Assembly: GCF_902713615.1 (NCBI RefSeq)
Contig: NW_024056013.1
Coordinates: 891,420-955,419 of the forward strand
Reading direction: 5' to 3'
Length of the DNA: 64,000 bases
From: Scyliorhinus canicula
Taxonomy: Eukaryota
The translations under genes and the position numbers were made by a program. The notes below the pieces were generated by a model. It searched no databases and had not been told where the DNA came from. It was given only the letters and a program-made list of their open reading frames with translations. This document shows positions 62,520-64,000 of the stretch, piece by piece. Every line of letters starts with the position of its first letter. Position 1 is the stretch's first letter.

Positions 62520-62855
62520 GGTGCTCCTTTTCCGGGGAAACGGTTCAGATTCGCTCCCTTACTCTTTAGCGGGCAGGGAGCACCCTTTCCCAGGGACACG
62601 GTTCGGATTCACTTCCTTACTCTCTGGAGGGAGAGGGTGCTTCTTTCCCGGGGAACATATTTCAGATTCACTCCCTTACACTCTGGCGGGAGAGGGTGCT
62701 CCTTTCCCGGGGACACATTTCAGATTCACTCCCTTACTCTCTGGCGGGAGAGGGTGCTCCTTTCCCGGGGAAACATTTCAGATTCACTCCCTTACACTCT
62801 GGAGGGGAGGGGGTGCTCCTTTCCCGGGGACACGATTCAGATCCAGTCCCTTGGA
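62520..62855. repeat. About 58-bp tandem repeat, 5-6 copies
   Basis: TTCAGATTCACTCCCTTACACTCTGGCGGGAGAGGGTGCTCCTTTCCCGGGGACACA recurs. Confidence 0.85.
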
Positions 62856-63259
62856 CTCTGGTGAACTCTCTCAATTAACAACAGGGAGGTGACTTTTTAG
62901 AAATGAATCCATGGACTATAAAGCAATGTGGATGTTGCAGAATTAAAGTCTCTGAATGGGAAGTGGGTGTAATTCTGGATTTAATAATCCTGGAATAAAT
63001 GTGTTTCAGACTGAAATGTGAGGCTGGAATGAAATGGAGTTTCTGCTGCTGTTGTTAGCACTGTTGGATTGCTGTGTGTGTGAGCCTGGGGACAGGAGAG
63101 AGAGGGAGAGGGACGGAAAGCAGCAGTTGAAAAAAAAAATGAAAATCGCTTATTGTCATGAGTAGGCTTCAATGAAGTTACTGTGAAAAGCCCCTAGTTC
63201 GCCACATTCCGGCACCTGTCCGGGGAGGCTGGTACAGTTCCCCTTGTACAAAGGGTCAG

Positions 63260-63960
63260 TCACAAGGGGACACACATTCATGCTGAGGGGCAGGGGATTT
63301 AGAAGGTTTTGAGGAAAGTGAGGAAAGAGGGTGGTGACGGTCTGGAATACACTGCCTGGAAGGATGGTAGAAGCGGGTTGCCTCACATCCTTTAAAAAAG
63401 TTCCTGGTGAATAGTTGGCACGCCATAACATTCAAGGCTATGGCCAAATGTTGGCAAAGGGATTAGGTAGGTAGGTCGTGTTTTTCATGTGTCAGTGCAG
63501 ACTTGATGGGCCCCAAGGGCCTCTTCTGCACTGTTGCTGATGAAACAAATTTAAGTGGCATTGCAGACAGCCAGATGATGGCATTAAATTGCAAGGAGAT
63601 ATTGACAGATTAAGTAAATGGGCAAATTTGTGACAGATCAAATTGAATGTAAGCAATTCTGGACCAAAAAAGGATAGAGCAGTGTATTTTCTAAATGGAA
63701 AGAGGTTTGGTACAGTGGATGTTCAAAGAGACTTGGGGTACAGGTGCACAGATCCTTAAAATGTCACAATCAAGTCCAGAACATAATTAAAAAGGCGAAA
63801 GCCATTCATATCTAGAGGATTTCAGTATAAAGACTGCAGTTATACAAAACCCTGGTAAGACCCCACTTGGAGAACTGTGAGCAGTTCTGGGCACCACATC
63901 TTCGGGAGGATATTTTGGCCTTGGAGGGAGTGCAACTAAGGTTTACTAAAGCGGCACCCC
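63260..63960 (+). mobile_element. CR1 fragments
   Basis: CR1 3' tail near 63500 and RT C-terminal similarity ([14 protein letters not shown]). Confidence 0.7.
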
Positions 63961-64000
63961 ACAATACACTGACTACGGGGGGGTTACGTGACAAGGAGAG

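Overview
Eukaryotic genomic DNA from a cartilaginous fish (shark; the Cmu sequence looks carcharhiniform, which is inference). The centre holds one complete, unrearranged, apparently intact IgM heavy-chain minilocus on the + strand: leader 16740-16785, VH 16912-17216, D 17653-17678, JH 18074-18121, Cmu1-4, secretory tail, TM1 and TM2, ending at 38781. The cluster seems to have only one D, flanked by 12/12 RSS. It looks like a D1+D2 fusion that kept an orphan internal heptamer. The 12.9-kb J-Cmu1 intron carries several tandem arrays: 65-bp, C-rich 28-bp, G-rich ~19-bp and an AGCT-dense 29-bp array, together reminiscent of switch regions. Downstream is a KRAB-less C2H2 zinc-finger cluster: two intact single-coding-exon genes, two decayed ZNF exons and paralogous CpG promoters, one pair inverted. 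The rest is tRNA-derived SINEs, CR1-group LINEs, a Penelope-like element and minisatellites. One Penelope terminal fragment folds into a minimal hammerhead ribozyme with a U3-A8 core variant. Most long ORFs in the ORF track are repeat artefacts. Repeat boundaries were estimated by eye and are approximate.
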